Assembly (NCBI RefSeq): GCF_002113885.1
Contig: NW_018480037.1
Coordinates: 186,001-250,000 of the forward strand
DNA from: Mizuhopecten yessoensis
Taxonomy: Eukaryota
Length of the DNA stretch: 64,000 bases
Direction: 5' to 3'
In this document: piece after piece, positions 40,385 through 52,200 of the stretch
How the letters are laid out: each line of letters starts with the position of its first letter
Numbering within the stretch: the stretch's first letter is position 1
Made by a program: the position numbers and the translations under genes
The notes under the pieces: model-generated
The model's input: only the letters and a program-made list of their open reading frames with translations
What the model was told of the DNA's origin: nothing
Database searches by the model: none

Positions 40385-40980
40385 ACATTTTTGCCAGTGA
40401 AATATCGGATTCTATCAACTTGATAAAACTGATATTTTTCACACTGTGATAAATATCGAAAGTGATATTTTCACAGTGTGAAAATATTACTTTTTGGTAT
40501 TGACCGATCATAACGGTAGCTCATATTCGCTGCATTCAAAGGTAACGATTTTTTGTTCAGATTCAAATGAAGCGACGGTAGAATAAGAGGTTGTGATGGT
40601 AAATGTTTGTTACACACATATACACACAAGTATTTACATATTTATACAAGTAATGACATTTTTAAAAGCAATCATGCCAGAAAATAGCAGAAAACGTCGG
40701 AATTGCGTTGAGAATCCTATTCAAAAGGGCGCGCAGGCTTGTTGTCAAGCGTGATGTCATTAGAACATGGCGCTAATAATTACGCTTCTGATTCCCGCCC
40801 TTTTTTAATACGTAACATTTTCCCTATTTTATGCTTTAAAAATGTAACAATTATATTTCACTCGTGTGGCGAATATTTTGATATGTTTCACTTGTGCTGT
40901 GCACTCGTGAACAATATCAAAATATTAGCCACACTCGTGAAATATATTTGTTATTACTGAAGACACCGTTGGATATCCTC
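40385..40980. mobile_element. Fragment of a non-autonomous DNA transposon (Sola-like end)
   Basis: Repeated and inverted ATATTTTCAC / CACTCGTGAAATAT motifs and a GGATATCCTC terminus. The other end was not found. Confidence 0.4.
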
Positions 40981-42424
40981 TTTATGTCAGAATTAACTCC
41001 GATTGCCATTTGAGTAGTTTCTCACATACACACTCCTCGGGTTTATGCACACACTATAATGGGTGATACGCTATTGGTAGGTAAGTTGTCGGCCTATTTC
41101 AAAAGAACTGGCACCAATACAGAAGTTTAATCTAAATACACGAAAGCTGCAATCGGTATTTTAGTTTGGCATTCGGCAGTTGATAAAACACAATACACAT
41201 ATGATTTATGATAGTGATATGATTTAAATCTGTGTTTGCTTTTCTGGAGATATTGTACATGTCTATTCCTCACAGTTACAAAAGATGGTAGTGAATGACC
41301 TGTGGTCTCGTGTACTTCAGCCTAGATTGTATGGTAGTGTGTAGATACATGTATATACTAGACATATATCAATTAAAACAAGAAATTCAAATATACATCA
41401 ATCTTTTGAGATGGCAGATTTTTATTTACTGATTCATGAATTTACTGGCTCAAATTTCACACAGACAAAATATGCTGTAACTTTTTTTATAATAATCCGA
41501 TACACTTATGTAAAGACTTTTGTCGTCTATTATGAAGTTAGAGGATAGTTATACTGTGACGACTTAGCTGTCCCTAGCACTTCACAGAAGGTTTACCCGT
41601 AAATAAATTGCAGACTGGTAATCTCTTAATAAAGATTAACGGATCAGTGAAAGCTAATAAGCCTGTTTTGCCAAAAGATTAATTTAAAAGTGTTTTTGCC
41701 AGAAGGTCTTACCAGTTGTTCCAAAAATAATCTTATAATGAAAATATTGACCTTGTAGATGTTATGTTAGAATTTTTCAAACAAAGCCGTTGCCTTCTTA
41801 TTGCGACACATTTTCCCCAAGCACTACTTATACAGTTTGACTTTATAAAAAATCAAAAGGACTGACCAATCTGGGTTTAATATATGTAGATTAATAATGT
41901 CACAGTGACACTGCTAACATCATAACGGTGTCGCATAATGCTTTCGACTGACAATGTAAATGCTGAACGGAAATATTTATTACGTCACAATATATTGTTC
42001 CTGTGACATGAACGAAATGTATGATGACGTCGCGCCACCATGATTATTCAAAACAACTGAAACGACGCTAAATTGTCATGATACATTTTCAAGAGTTCGT
42101 GTAACATTGATAATTGACAGACGTTTTGACACTGATGGAAGTTCAACCAATGTAGTGTTGATATCACATAGGTACACAGTTGACGTCATAATGGCACAAT
42201 GTTGATATCAATCCAGGTTTTTAAAATGTCATTATATGATGGTTTTCACGAGTTATATTTTAGATCATTCACGTTCCAGTTTCACGATGATCATATTAAG
42301 GGATTTAATTAACACATCAATAACATTAACTCTTGTTCTAAATCCATATCAAGATAAATATCACAATGCACTTGGTCATATTGATCCGATGTATGAGTAT
42401 TGAAGGTGATCTGGTAATTGATGA

Positions 42425-43918
42425 TTAAGCGGTGCCTGGCCTTTCAGAATCGTCGTTAGAAAATGTCACTTTCTTTTTAGCTTTTATGTCAGCCATGGAA
42501 ACGAAGCCGAAGAAGTTTGTAGAACGTCCAACAACTTTAAAAGAATTTGTTTTCCGCAGAGAACTTTGTTGCGGTTTATTCTGCTTGGTTGTCTTTCGAA
42601 TACCCTTTGTTTTATCCTGTTTATTTGTGATATTTTGTACCCTAGCGGGTGTCTTGTTCTGTGTTATAACTTTTGTGTGTGTTTTCACCATACTTGCTGT
42701 AGTGGGGTTGCCTTTCTTCTCCTTCTCTGCGTCCTTAGAATTAGCAGTGCTATCTGCGTCAATCCGACTATACCATTCTGGTTGATTACTCCGTGTTGAT
42801 GAAGCCGATCTCTCAGTTTGGATAACCCTTTTTTGAGAGGAAGCAGGTTTCTCAGTTTTTTCTACAATGTCAGATTTAGCATTATTTCGTTTGGCACTTT
42901 TCACTATACTGGGAGTATTGTGCTGGCTTTTGTCCATTTTTACTGTCGATATACTCCTTGAATTACTATTTGAAGACGATGGTTTTAATGATGATGTACC
43001 TTCTTGCCGGGAAGAGTTCGTGCCTGATTGGCCATTAGCTCCTGATGAATTGTATTGCACTTTGTTGGAACTTTGGTTACTCGGCGGAGCTGACGACTTG
43101 GATGATGATAAGGGTATACTGGGTACGGGTGCCATTCGAATAGATACTCGGTCTGGTCGTCCGGGGGACATGGTGACCAGTATTTCCTCACTCCCCTGCC
43201 TATGTTTAATATTAGGATATGGCATAGCCATTCTTCTAGCATCATTTACTTCTGGTCTAGAAACATTATTAGCTCTAGAAATATTTGGACCCCTGAAAGC
43301 ATCATCATAGACAGGTCCCTGAGAGCTATATCGACGGACAGTGTTCACTGGATATGAATTGTTACTTTCAGAGCGCGCAAATTGACTGGAATCATACCTG
43401 TTTGGGGTCTCCCTCCGCGTGTTATCCATGGGCACATTAGCCATAGAAAGTCTTGATGAAGGCTGGGAGCCGTGATAAACCATGCTCAATGCAGAACTGT
43501 TCACTTCCCCGCGTGGGTATGGGCGGTATTGGTAAGTGTCTTGGCTGCTATTGGCCCTTGAGTTGGTCACACTATCGCTCCTCGCGGCGTCAATCTGCTG
43601 CTGATGTATTTCCAGGTAGGACCTGGGATTTCGACCACTGAAATTCCGAATGTCATTCAAACTCATAGTCTTTCGTAGAACTCGATTTTCGTTGTCCCTG
43701 ACATCTCTCTCCAGCCAGTATTGACGTTCCGAGTCGAGTCTATGTTTGTTGATGACCCGCTGCTGTACCCGTCTTCGCTCATCGACGACTGGTGACTGCA
43801 TCGTCCGCAGCACCTCCATCATTTCAATATCTAGTTTATCTTCGTAAAACGGTATTACGTCCATCTGTCTCATTACAGAAACATTAGGCTTTTTCGTAAG
43901 CACGTTCTCCCGCATCAT
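42425..43918 (-). CDS. Intronless orphan protein, 497 aa, basic S/N/R/K-rich and likely disordered, with a C-terminal KKKVTF motif
   Basis: A 1.5 kb open frame in AT-rich DNA with clearly elevated GC. No signal peptide and no recognisable domain. Confidence 0.75.
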   Translation of the reverse strand: MMRENVLTKKPNVSVMRQMDVIPFYEDKLDIEMMEVLRTMQSPVVDERRRVQQRVINKHRLDSERQYWLERDVRDNENRVLRKTMSLNDIRNFSGRNPRSYLEIHQQQIDAARSDSVTNSRANSSQDTYQYRPYPRGEVNSSALSMVYHGSQPSSRLSMANVPMDNTRRETPNRYDSSQFARSESNNSYPVNTVRRYSSQGPVYDDAFRGPNISRANNVSRPEVNDARRMAMPYPNIKHRQGSEEILVTMSPGRPDRVSIRMAPVPSIPLSSSKSSAPPSNQSSNKVQYNSSGANGQSGTNSSRQEGTSSLKPSSSNSNSRSISTVKMDKSQHNTPSIVKSAKRNNAKSDIVEKTEKPASSQKRVIQTERSASSTRSNQPEWYSRIDADSTANSKDAEKEKKGNPTTASMVKTHTKVITQNKTPARVQNITNKQDKTKGIRKTTKQNKPQQSSLRKTNSFKVVGRSTNFFGFVSMADIKAKKKVTFSNDDSERPGTA

Positions 43919-46900
43919 TCAAGTTAGTGTGCTTTTATGATGGTAACGTGGTCTATACACTTCCATCCCCCTTCCATGTCCCGAGTGGTTTGCCTTTTAA
44001 ACGCTACTGTATTCATATAGAGTCAATCCAATTGTTAAAAAATGTAACGGTTCATAAAACAAATTAATCACATATTTCCTTTTATAGTTGCTCTTTATAA
44101 GCCATTATTACTTCTTTTTTTAAGCCGAACCTTATCTCTATGATATGTATTGAAATCCTTGAATGAATGGACACGGCGAGCACATAATCTTTTATACACA
44201 TGAACAACGCCGAGCCGTGTGGGCACTTTGACAAAAGATTAGTGGATACTTGACAAATAAACGCACTACCTTGCTAAGTGTCCACCAGAGTGCTACCAAA
44301 ATACACCAAAACACTGGTCGCTATGAGTGTAAAAAATGGGTCAACGAGCTTCTTATACACTGGCAGCACCGATTAGCAATGAAAAGGACAAGACCAAGAG
44401 TCATTATGTAAATATTTCATTTGTAAATCCGAGCGTATTGTAGGTTAGTTGCTTATCTGATAGTGAGGTATAGAAAATAATATCTACAGATACTGAAACA
44501 CGTCTCTATAACTTTACAAGCCGTCGGATTTTCATTATGTAAAGCATTATTATCTTTGGATATTCACGATAAAATTAATTAAACATCAAACCAAGTTGAT
44601 ATAGAAACAACGTAAGCTGTAAGGCGTTAATTAATTGTGCTATTTATCACACATTTGCTTTAGTACATTTTAAATTACTTATGTAAAAAGTAAAATCGTT
44701 CATATTGTATATTGCTCGTCTGGCAATAAGTTCCCATGCACTTATCGTGTGGTGAGGCGCCCGTTATCTATTTATATTTCAATGAATTCTTGTTGAAATG
44801 AAAATAAAAGCCTTTCATTTCTTTCGTGATATTTGGCAAGTTGGTACCTGAGATGAATTGCTATAAAGATTCCTCCTGATGACATACATTGACCTACTTT
44901 TGAGGTCACATGAGTCAAATATGTTAAAAACTTCAAACAACATAATCTAAAGAACTATGGTGAAGGGCCATGATACTGGGTATGTTATGTAGTAGTTCTA
45001 ATTTCTTTTCCAAATATATTGTGATAAGGTCAAACGCAGCTTTAAGCGCTAATCGGGGTTAAAGGTCAACATTTACTATAACGATTTTAACGTTTTCTTC
45101 TTTCCTTTTTTAACATGCTACTTTGAAAATTAAAATTGATACAAAAACTAAATTTACAAATCTAAACAAGCAATGCTTTGTTGAAGTATGAAAGTAACAA
45201 AATTATTTTAAGACTATATTCAAATACGAACGTAATCGATTTAATATATATTCCGATATGAATGAATTTAGTAAAAGTAGTATGTTAAGATATGAATTCA
45301 CGTAACTAAATTAGTAGAGATATGCATGAATATATAAATAAAATAGTATCTTTCAAAAATTATGAATGAAAGCAAATACATTTACGTCTGTCTGTCTGTC
45401 TGTTACTATAAAGGTATGTTTAAATATTTATAAAAGTAACTAAACTAGGTTATTATATACAATCTATAGTTGTTATTCTCAATGAAATAAGCAGGAGCAA
45501 GTCTGTTTAGAATGTGAAGCTGACCTCCATTTGTTGTAGATTTACCAGGTAATGCGTAACTGGACTCGCACATCAATCGTCTATCTGGGATTCTGTTCCA
45601 GGACCCTCATAATTATAAGACAATAACAAAATAAAGAGAATGGAATGGATGCCTATTGTTGATATATTTTAACACCAAACCAGCATAAAACACGAAAACG
45701 TATATAAATTTGTTTTTACATCAAAGAATGTCTAATTTTAGTGAAAACTAAAAATGGGCCATGGCAGAGTCTAGACGATGTCACGTTTTAATTGATTGCT
45801 GTGTAACTAGGTCTGTAATTACTTATGCATATATCAATAGTTCTGTAGTGGTCTGTTTGTGTATCACATACTCTCAGCTCTGTTTATTATCACAATTCTT
45901 TTCTAGTATGTCGTCTTGACGCTTTTCACTGTATTTGTTAGAGTCACTGATTTCTCCAAGCGACCCACACACAATGCCGAATTATGTTAAAGGCTTCTGG
46001 GGCACGTCTTGTCATATTATACGTGTTTATCTCGACACACTCATAGCGTTTTTATTGAGTATCATATGACTTAATTATCTTTAAAAGATCAAATAAAAAA
46101 ATATGTTACGGTTTTTCCCTTTATCACGGTTTTCAATTTTTATATTCATGTAGTTCTGTGCTTTCTCTGTTTAAATGTTTTCTCATTTCCTATCGCTAGG
46201 TACAATTGAGTGAAAGAGTTGCCTCACTTTTCACAATGTAACACCTGAATCTACCTGGACAAGGACTTTTCCCCTGCAGACCACCTAACACAAGATTGTT
46301 TTCGTAAACCAATGATTAGTTAGAACAGTCTGTCCCCATGTGATCACAACTGCAAATAGTTTCAATTAAAATGCAGGGGAATAACTGAGGTAATGGTTTT
46401 AGAAAATTACGATTCTGAGCGTCCTTATCAGTATTTACAAATCATAATGCTAATGAACTCATATTGACTAAGTTTATTTATTGTGGTATGGTACTAGTTA
46501 TCTAGCATTATGCGAATGTTTATAAATTCCTTGTGTAGCTTGCCCTAAGCAAAAAATTAAAATAGGTACCGTTTGAAGTCCTGTAATGTGTAGTGGGAAA
46601 CGTAAAAAAAGCAAAACACTTACTAAGTAGACAGTTTAATGACAAATCCTACGATTTTACAGAATATACACATACATACCTCCTTAACAAGTCTACGTAT
46701 GGTAACTTAGAAGGATAATACTATTCTGACACTTTATCACTAATGCAGTGTATATGAATGTGATTAGTATCCTGCCGTAAACTGGAGTTCTGACACCTGG
46801 TATATGGATACGATATCAGTGTGGGTGACGGGGGAGACCCAGATGATACCCTATCACCCCATCTAGTGACGTAGATCCCACCTGCTTCCGCCAAACCTCA

Positions 46901-46965
46901 TTAAGTTATACAAGAGAAAATAACACCAGTCCACCGAATATCGCTGCATTTTGTATCACTCCAGC

Positions 46966-48441
46966 ATGTCCGCCGTGACTCAAGCTGTCATCTGTCTCAT
47001 TTCTCTGCTGCTTTTAACAGGTAAAATATGCACAGCTGATATACACATTTACTTCCCATTTCATTTCCGCGTACTATATCTATTAATTAATTCTATAGGC
47101 GTACTTGTGTGTCTAACGTTCAGCCACCCATTCTGATAAAATATATATTTATATACCAGAATTGAATGAATTATAGTTCAACTGAAGCGTTCAATTGTTT
47201 AAGGCCAAATACTTCCAACCAGAATGCATAGGATTTTAATATTTTGTTAATGTCATCTTCAATTCAAGTACAGGGAACTGAATCAGTGGTCGTATAATGA
47301 CAGAGAAAACACATATTCTACGGGGTTTTTTTACCGTTAAACCTCGTCAGAAAATCAATGCATGGCATCCTTAAAACCATGTGTCGGTTAAATCAGGTTT
47401 ATCTTGCTCCATTCCGAATAACACGGTACATTTTATGTTTTACCAGACTTGGCGACTGCATCTACACCTGAGTACTTGCCGGCCAGAGACTTCCTCCATT
47501 CCGACTCAAGACCGTCATTTCCCCAACCACTTGGGAAACATGAATCCTTTCAAAATACGATTCAGAAACCAATGACAAGGTCTCTATTAAAGCCCATTTG
47601 GTATGAAGGAAGTAAACCATCGAATACTGGCATATCGTTTGCTTCCCATTCAGTGCGCCCAGACTATCTCAAACCCAACAGAGAATCATATGGTCAAGGC
47701 TTATTTGAGCGACCTGACATGTGGCAATCAAACATGATGGTACCTGTGAGGCCCGAATTGGTCCAAATGACAGTGTCTAAGAACAACAGACCTATGTTGG
47801 GGATGCTGAAGCAACTGTTGAATGGTGACTTCCACATAGTGGCAGACGCTATACACGTGGATGCCATACCGATACGCAGGCAGCCTTTTATGGAAGGTAT
47901 GATTATAGTGCCTACCATATCACCTCTATTGACCAATGTAAACAATCAAGTAAAACCAGTGCAACAAATGTATTTAGGATTACCGGAAGCAGACAAACAA
48001 GAGCCAAGCATCAGCAGTTCCTTGTCAAATACCCATTCCAGCAACATGGCACACCAAGTTCCACTCGAGCTCCTTCTCCAAGAATTCAATGACCTGGATG
48101 CAAAAAATAATTTAAAACCCGATGGTCACGTCGTTACATTTGCCAGTTTATACCAAAATTATATAGAACTGCTTGAACAGCAAAACAAGAGAACAACACC
48201 TCCCATGTTATCAACTACAACTTCCACCACAATCGTGACACCAGAATCAACAGCGCACCCTACCACTCCGGAAACCGAGACAACCGTGGACGTTATCTCT
48301 ACACCCGCCATACCCATGTCTCCTGTAACGAAAAAAGAAGATGGCGGATATTCCCTCATCCAGACATCACAGGGCAAGATCACTGATGATAAGCAAGTCC
48401 TATGGCTTCCGGGTATGGCACCGGAAATGACCGGTCAGTAA
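46966..48441 (+). CDS. Gene B: secreted Pro/Ser/Thr-rich protein with a mucin-like Thr tract, ~349 aa
   Basis: Exon 1 46966-47020 encodes MSAVTQAVICLISLLLLT + G|GTAAAA. Exon 2 47447-48441 follows TTTTACCAG and joins in frame (D-LATASTPEYL...) to the 330-codon ORF. Confidence 0.85.
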
Positions 48442-49231
48442 CCGCACTCGTAGACGTCCACAAGGAAGGAACTAGAAACCTGCTGTCTGAATGCACATGC
48501 ATGAGCTAAAGCAAAGCGCCTGCTTTGTCTGGTTCATCACTGAATGATATTTTTTATTTCTATTATATGTTTTCATGTGACATCTTAATACAAGCATGAT
48601 TTGTCAGTAAAAATGTCAATATTATTGCTACCAGTTATGTTATTTGTAAGAAGAAAAATAACCGATCAATTTTATAATCTAATAATATATTTCGATATGG
48701 ACGGAAGTCATACTGAATCTTAATGATCATCATAGAGTGACTTGAAATTATGATACAACGATATGAATAACAGGGTTGGGGAAACGATCACTAGTTTTAT
48801 ACCTTTACTTCTGGTACAACAAAAAAGAACATAATTAGATAGGTTCAGAAACTATTATAAACACTATGGTACATTCAACATATGTTCAAATGACTCATGA
48901 GTTGGAATATATTTATAATCAATCTAGAGAATCAAACTGTTGTAAACATCTTTGTTAGTTAATAGCATACTATACTTGTACTAGAAATGTTTACGGTACT
49001 GCATACCTAAAGCTGAGAGCTTTAAGTGATGACTTCACAGAGATAATTAAAACCACAAAGGGAAAAAATGGCATTTTATTTACATACATCATCGGTTTCA
49101 AGACTGTGTTAATGACCTGAGTTATATACATAAACTTCACAAGATATGTCATGAATTTCTGTGTTATACATTAATGTTACATCTCAATAAAATTGATTTA
49201 CTCTATAGCAACCAGAGAGACTGTTTTGGAA

Positions 49232-52200
49232 TTATAAAATACAGTAAACCATGCAAGGTAGATGAGCATTCGGGTCGCAGCTTCCTGCTAACATAGAATT
49301 TGGATCGAAGGATCCAACTTGCATGATACGGAGTGGGGTCACAGTGAGGCTTATAATTAATGGTGTCTTCCAGTTCCTAAGAAAATAGAAATCATACAAA
49401 TTTCAGGAAATCTTTTAAAAATGGAATACTTTTTTTCTGATGACTATAGCAAATTCCTTGTTATTACGCACATTCATTATATATACTAAAACAGTTCATC
49501 AAACAAGACGATGATACACACCTTCCCTATGATCCACCGGAGAATCCACTGTCACTACCAAATACCCCGCTGCTGCTATAGCTTCTGCCTTACCCAGATT
49601 AGGACCCAAACCTTGAACCGGACCCGAAACAAAAACTACATTCAGAAGTTTTCAAAACAACTGGAGCTGAACCCACCAGAACCTGTTCTGGTTCAAGGCA
49701 TCGGGGTCAAAGGGCCCTGAAAAGTAACAACAACCTGTACATCCTACTTCATCAAATGTTACATAAACGAGACATGCAAATATACCCATTACATTTCGTC
49801 ATGACAAATATGATAATTTTTTATTATTTGGTTTCTTAGAACAAAAAGACTAATTTAGTCGTCACCTATCATCAATCAATGTTTCATGATAAGAACACGT
49901 AATAACGGAATAGCTTACGGTGCGTGATAACCACACATACAGTTTTCAGCTAAACATGATGCTACATTGATTAAAATTACTTTCTCACCATCTGCTAGGT
50001 AGTCAAATACAAGTACCTTATAAACTTACCATCGACTAGTCATTTATACACATGGTCGCCCCAAAATAAAAGATTATTCTGCCCTTTAATGTCTATAGTT
50101 GTTGATAAGCTGTTAAACTCAAACAAACAAAATTAGTACTTTAACTTACTAAACTCACCGTCGTTTTTACATGAAGGAACATTACCCCCAAAAATATCCC
50201 CGTCGGCTAAGCATAAAGGTACTATAACCAAATAAACTCACCGTCGGCTAAACATTAAGGTACAATAACCAAAAAACTCACTGTCAGCTAAACATAAAGG
50301 TACTACAACCAATAAACTCACTATCGGCTAAACATAAAGGTACTATTACCAAATAAACTCACTATCGGCTAAACATAAAGGTAATATAAACAAATAAACT
50401 CACTTTCAGCTAAACATCAACGTACTATAACCAAATAAACTCACTGTCGGCTAAACATAAAGGTACTATTACCAAATAAACTCACTATCGGCTAAACATA
50501 AAGGTAATATAAACAAATAAACTCACTTTCAGCTAAACATCAACGTACTATAACCAAATAAACTCACTGTCGGCTAAACATAAAGGTACTATTACCAAAT
50601 AAACTCACTATCGGCTAAACATAAAGGTAATATAAACAAATAAACTCACTTTCAGCTAAACATCAACGTACTATAACCAAATAAACTCACTGTCGGCTAA
50701 ACATAAAGGTACTATTACCAAATAAACTCACTATCGGCTAAACATAAAGGTAATATAAACAAATAAACTCACTTTCAGCTAAACATCAACGTACTATAAC
50801 CAAATAAACTCACTGTCGGCTAAACATAAAGGTACTATTACCAAATAAACTCACTATCGGCTAAACATAAAGGTAATATAAACAAATAAACTCACTTTCA
50901 GCTAAACATAAAGGTATTAAAACCTAATAAACTCACTGTCGGTTAACATAAACGTAATACGACCAAATAAACTCACTGTCACCTAACATAAAGGTACTAT
51001 AACCAAATAAACTCACTGTCGGCTAAACATAAACGTACTACAACCAATAAACTCACTATCGGTTAAACATAAAGGTACTATTACCAAATAAACTCACTAT
51101 CGGCTAAACATAAAGGTAATATAAACAAATAAACTCACTTTCAGCTAAACATCAACGTACTACAACCAATAAACTCACTATCGGCTAAACATAAAGGTAC
51201 TATTACCAAATAAACTCACTATCGGCTAAACATAAAGGTATTAAAACCTAATAAACTCACTGTCGGTTAAAATAAACGTAATACGACCAAATAAACTGAC
51301 TGTCACCTAACATAAAGGTACTATAACCAAATAAACTCACTGTCGGCTAAACATAAACGTACTACAACCAATAAACTCACTGTCGGCTAAACATAAAGGT
51401 ACTATTTCCAAATAAACTCACTATCGGCTAAACATAAAAGTACTATAACCAAATAAACTCACTGTCTGCTAAACATAAAAGTACTTTAACCAAATAAACT
51501 GACTGTCAGCTAAACATAAAGGTAGTTTAACCAAATAAACTCATTTCGGCTACACATAAACGTAATATCACCAAATAAACTCACTGTCGGCTAAACATAA
51601 AGGTACTATAACCAAATAAACTCATTTCGGCTACACATAAACGTAATATCACCAAATAAACTCACTGTCGGCTTAACATAAAGGTACTATACCCAAATAA
51701 ACTCACTGTCGGCTAAACATAATCGTACTGTACCCAAATAAACTCACGGTCGGCTAAACATAATCGTACTATAACCAAATAAACTCACTGTCAGCTAAAC
51801 ATAAAGGTACTTTAACCAAATAAACTCACTGTCGGTTAAACATAAAGGTACTATAACCAAATAAACTCATTATCATCTAAACATAAAGGTACTATAACCA
51901 AATAAACTCACTGTCGGCTTAACATAAAGGTACTATAACCGAATAAACTCACTGTCGGCTTAATATAAAGGTACTTTAACCAAATAAACTCACTGTCGGT
52001 TAAACATAAAGGAACTATAACCAAATAAACTCATTATCATCTAAACATAAAGGTACTATAACCAAATAAACTCACTGTCAGCTAAACATAAAGGTACTTT
52101 AACCAAATAAACTCACTGTCAGCTTAACATAGACGTACTATAACCAAATAAACTCATTATCACCTAAACATAAAGGTACTATAACCAAATAAACTCATTA

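Noticed and set aside
42432-43641. Plus-strand ORFs of 62-147 aa
   Set aside because: Antisense shadows of the 497-aa ORF. The same applies to the shadow ORFs over genes A, B and D.
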